Virus record (IMG/VR): IMGVR_UViG_3300028840_005911
Location: 64,001-128,000 of that record
DNA length: 64,000 bases
Reading direction: 5' to 3' (one strand)
DNA from: a virus
The position numbers were made by a program, and so were the translations under genes. Positions 62,882-64,000 of the stretch are shown here, piece after piece; position 1 is the first letter of the stretch, and each line of letters starts with the position of its first letter. The notes under the pieces are model-generated. The model did no database searches. It saw only the letters and a list, made by a program, of their open reading frames with translations, and had not been told where the DNA came from.

Positions 62882-63952
62882 TCAGTTGAGTCCGGCGACC
62901 TCGCCCGCCAGAGACTCGAGCTCGAGACGACGGTGGTCATCCACGTCATCGCTCTTGGCGAACCAGGAGATGGCATTGGAGAAGCGCCACTTGGTGTTGC
63001 CCGGAGGGAGCTCCTCGACGCCGCCCATGTTGAAGACCTCGACGATCTTGTCCATCTCGCTCTTGTTGATCTTGCTGTTCTTCCGGAGCTCCTCGAGGGC
63101 CTCCTTGAGGTTGACCTTCTCCTCGCTGCAGGCCTTCAGCCTGTCCAGGTTCTCCTTCACCTTCTCGGGCTTGAACTGGGCCTCGACCACGTCCCTGGTC
63201 AGGGAGGCCAGGGCCTCGTTGTCCAGCCTGTGGGTCTCGTCGCTGGCCTCTACATCGTCAGGGATGCGGCTGCCGAGATGCACCTTCCTGAGGGCCTCGG
63301 TGCCTGTCATACCGTTCAGGCACGTCAGGCGGATGAACACCTGCCTGAGGCTGAACGCGCCGTCTCCGAAGTCGGAGTTTGACATGGCCATACCGACGAT
63401 CATCGGCTCGCCGGGGAAGGGCTCCACGATATCTGTGAGGCCAACCTGGATGGCAAACTTGGTGTCCATGCATCTAGACCACGTCGGCACGGCGTTGAAC
63501 TTCTGGACCGACTCGATGAAGGCCTCGACGCACAGCGGGGTGTCCAGCCGGCGGTACTTGTCGCTCAGGAACCCCCTGACTTCTCCTCCGACCGTGCGGA
63601 TGAGGTGCCTGGAGGCGTCTCGATGCCCGTAGAGGGTGTTCAGGTTGTGGACCAACAGGTCACGTCCCCAGTTGGTGCTGGAGAGGGTATCCACGAACTT
63701 CCTCTGGAGGCCGACCTTCTCCGTACACTGCTGCATGGCGTGCCGGTGGAGGTTGAATCCCACCTGATCCCCCTTGAAGGGGAACCCCATCTGCACCCTC
63801 TCGGCCACAGGAGCGTGGCTGTAGACGATTTCTGTGGTCGGTGCGAGGTAATCCTTGGGTTGGGACTCTTGGACCCTCTGTAGGGCCTCCTGGGCGTTCT
63901 CACGGCCATTGTTGATGAGTTCCTGGAGCTTATTTCTTGCTGTCTGACTCAT
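62882..63952 (-). CDS. DUF932 domain protein
   Basis: RGFLSDKYRRLD, NSDFGDGAF, RLTCLNGM. Confidence 0.75.
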   Translation of the reverse strand: MSQTARNKLQELINNGRENAQEALQRVQESQPKDYLAPTTEIVYSHAPVAERVQMGFPFKGDQVGFNLHRHAMQQCTEKVGLQRKFVDTLSSTNWGRDLLVHNLNTLYGHRDASRHLIRTVGGEVRGFLSDKYRRLDTPLCVEAFIESVQKFNAVPTWSRCMDTKFAIQVGLTDIVEPFPGEPMIVGMAMSNSDFGDGAFSLRQVFIRLTCLNGMTGTEALRKVHLGSRIPDDVEASDETHRLDNEALASLTRDVVEAQFKPEKVKENLDRLKACSEEKVNLKEALEELRKNSKINKSEMDKIVEVFNMGGVEELPPGNTKWRFSNAISWFAKSDDVDDHRRLELESLAGEVAGLN

Positions 63953-64000
63953 GGCGATCTTCCTTCCTAGAATTGTTCGATGTCTAACTTTCCCTTGGGG

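Noticed and set aside
1-64000. Classical CRISPR array, reverse transcriptase/DGR/retron, integrase, transposase, intein or intron
   Set aside because: No 23-50-bp repeat-spacer series and no RT, recombinase or splicing motifs seen in the ORF track. The 14-bp repeats at 34.4-35.4 kb separate genes, not spacers.

Overview
This is a 64-kb segment of a large (jumbo-type) bacteriophage genome, about 55% GC, densely coding, with no integrase or rRNA. Recognisable genes: the C-terminus of an ATP-dependent DNA ligase, an AmpD-like amidase, GroES, a probable tail-assembly-chaperone pair joined by a -1 slippery site, a RecA-like recombinase, dCMP deaminase, HU, two sigma70-region-4 HTH proteins, DUF5131, a truncated metallophosphoesterase, ASCH, an orphan HicB, a HAD-like protein, a stand-alone NrdJ C-terminal (TSCPD) module, an SLT transglycosylase, a DinG/YoaA helicase, an HD alarmone-hydrolase-like protein and DUF932. 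RNA genes: tRNA-Asn(GTT), an atypical tRNA-Phe(GAA)-like gene and a circularly permuted tRNA-like (YrlA-type) RNA. About 18 copies of a phage promoter motif (approximately TAAAAT-N16/17-TATAAG) organise the early regions. Main discovery: a stand-alone Cas7/RAMP-like protein with an N-terminal winged helix (19436-20692), plus seven dispersed non-coding + strand tracts with G at every fourth base and free triplets in between, i.e. (GNNN)n. By hand count 205 of 230 in-phase positions are G, against about 27% G off-phase in the one array where I counted it. Each tract ends in a terminator hairpin. I infer a candidate RNA-guided system with a 4-nt punctuation code, related to but distinct from CRISPR Cas7 (6-nt) and from the recently reported phage VIPR systems (5-nt GGY/NN, recalled from memory). 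All family calls come from motif recognition by eye; no database was searched.
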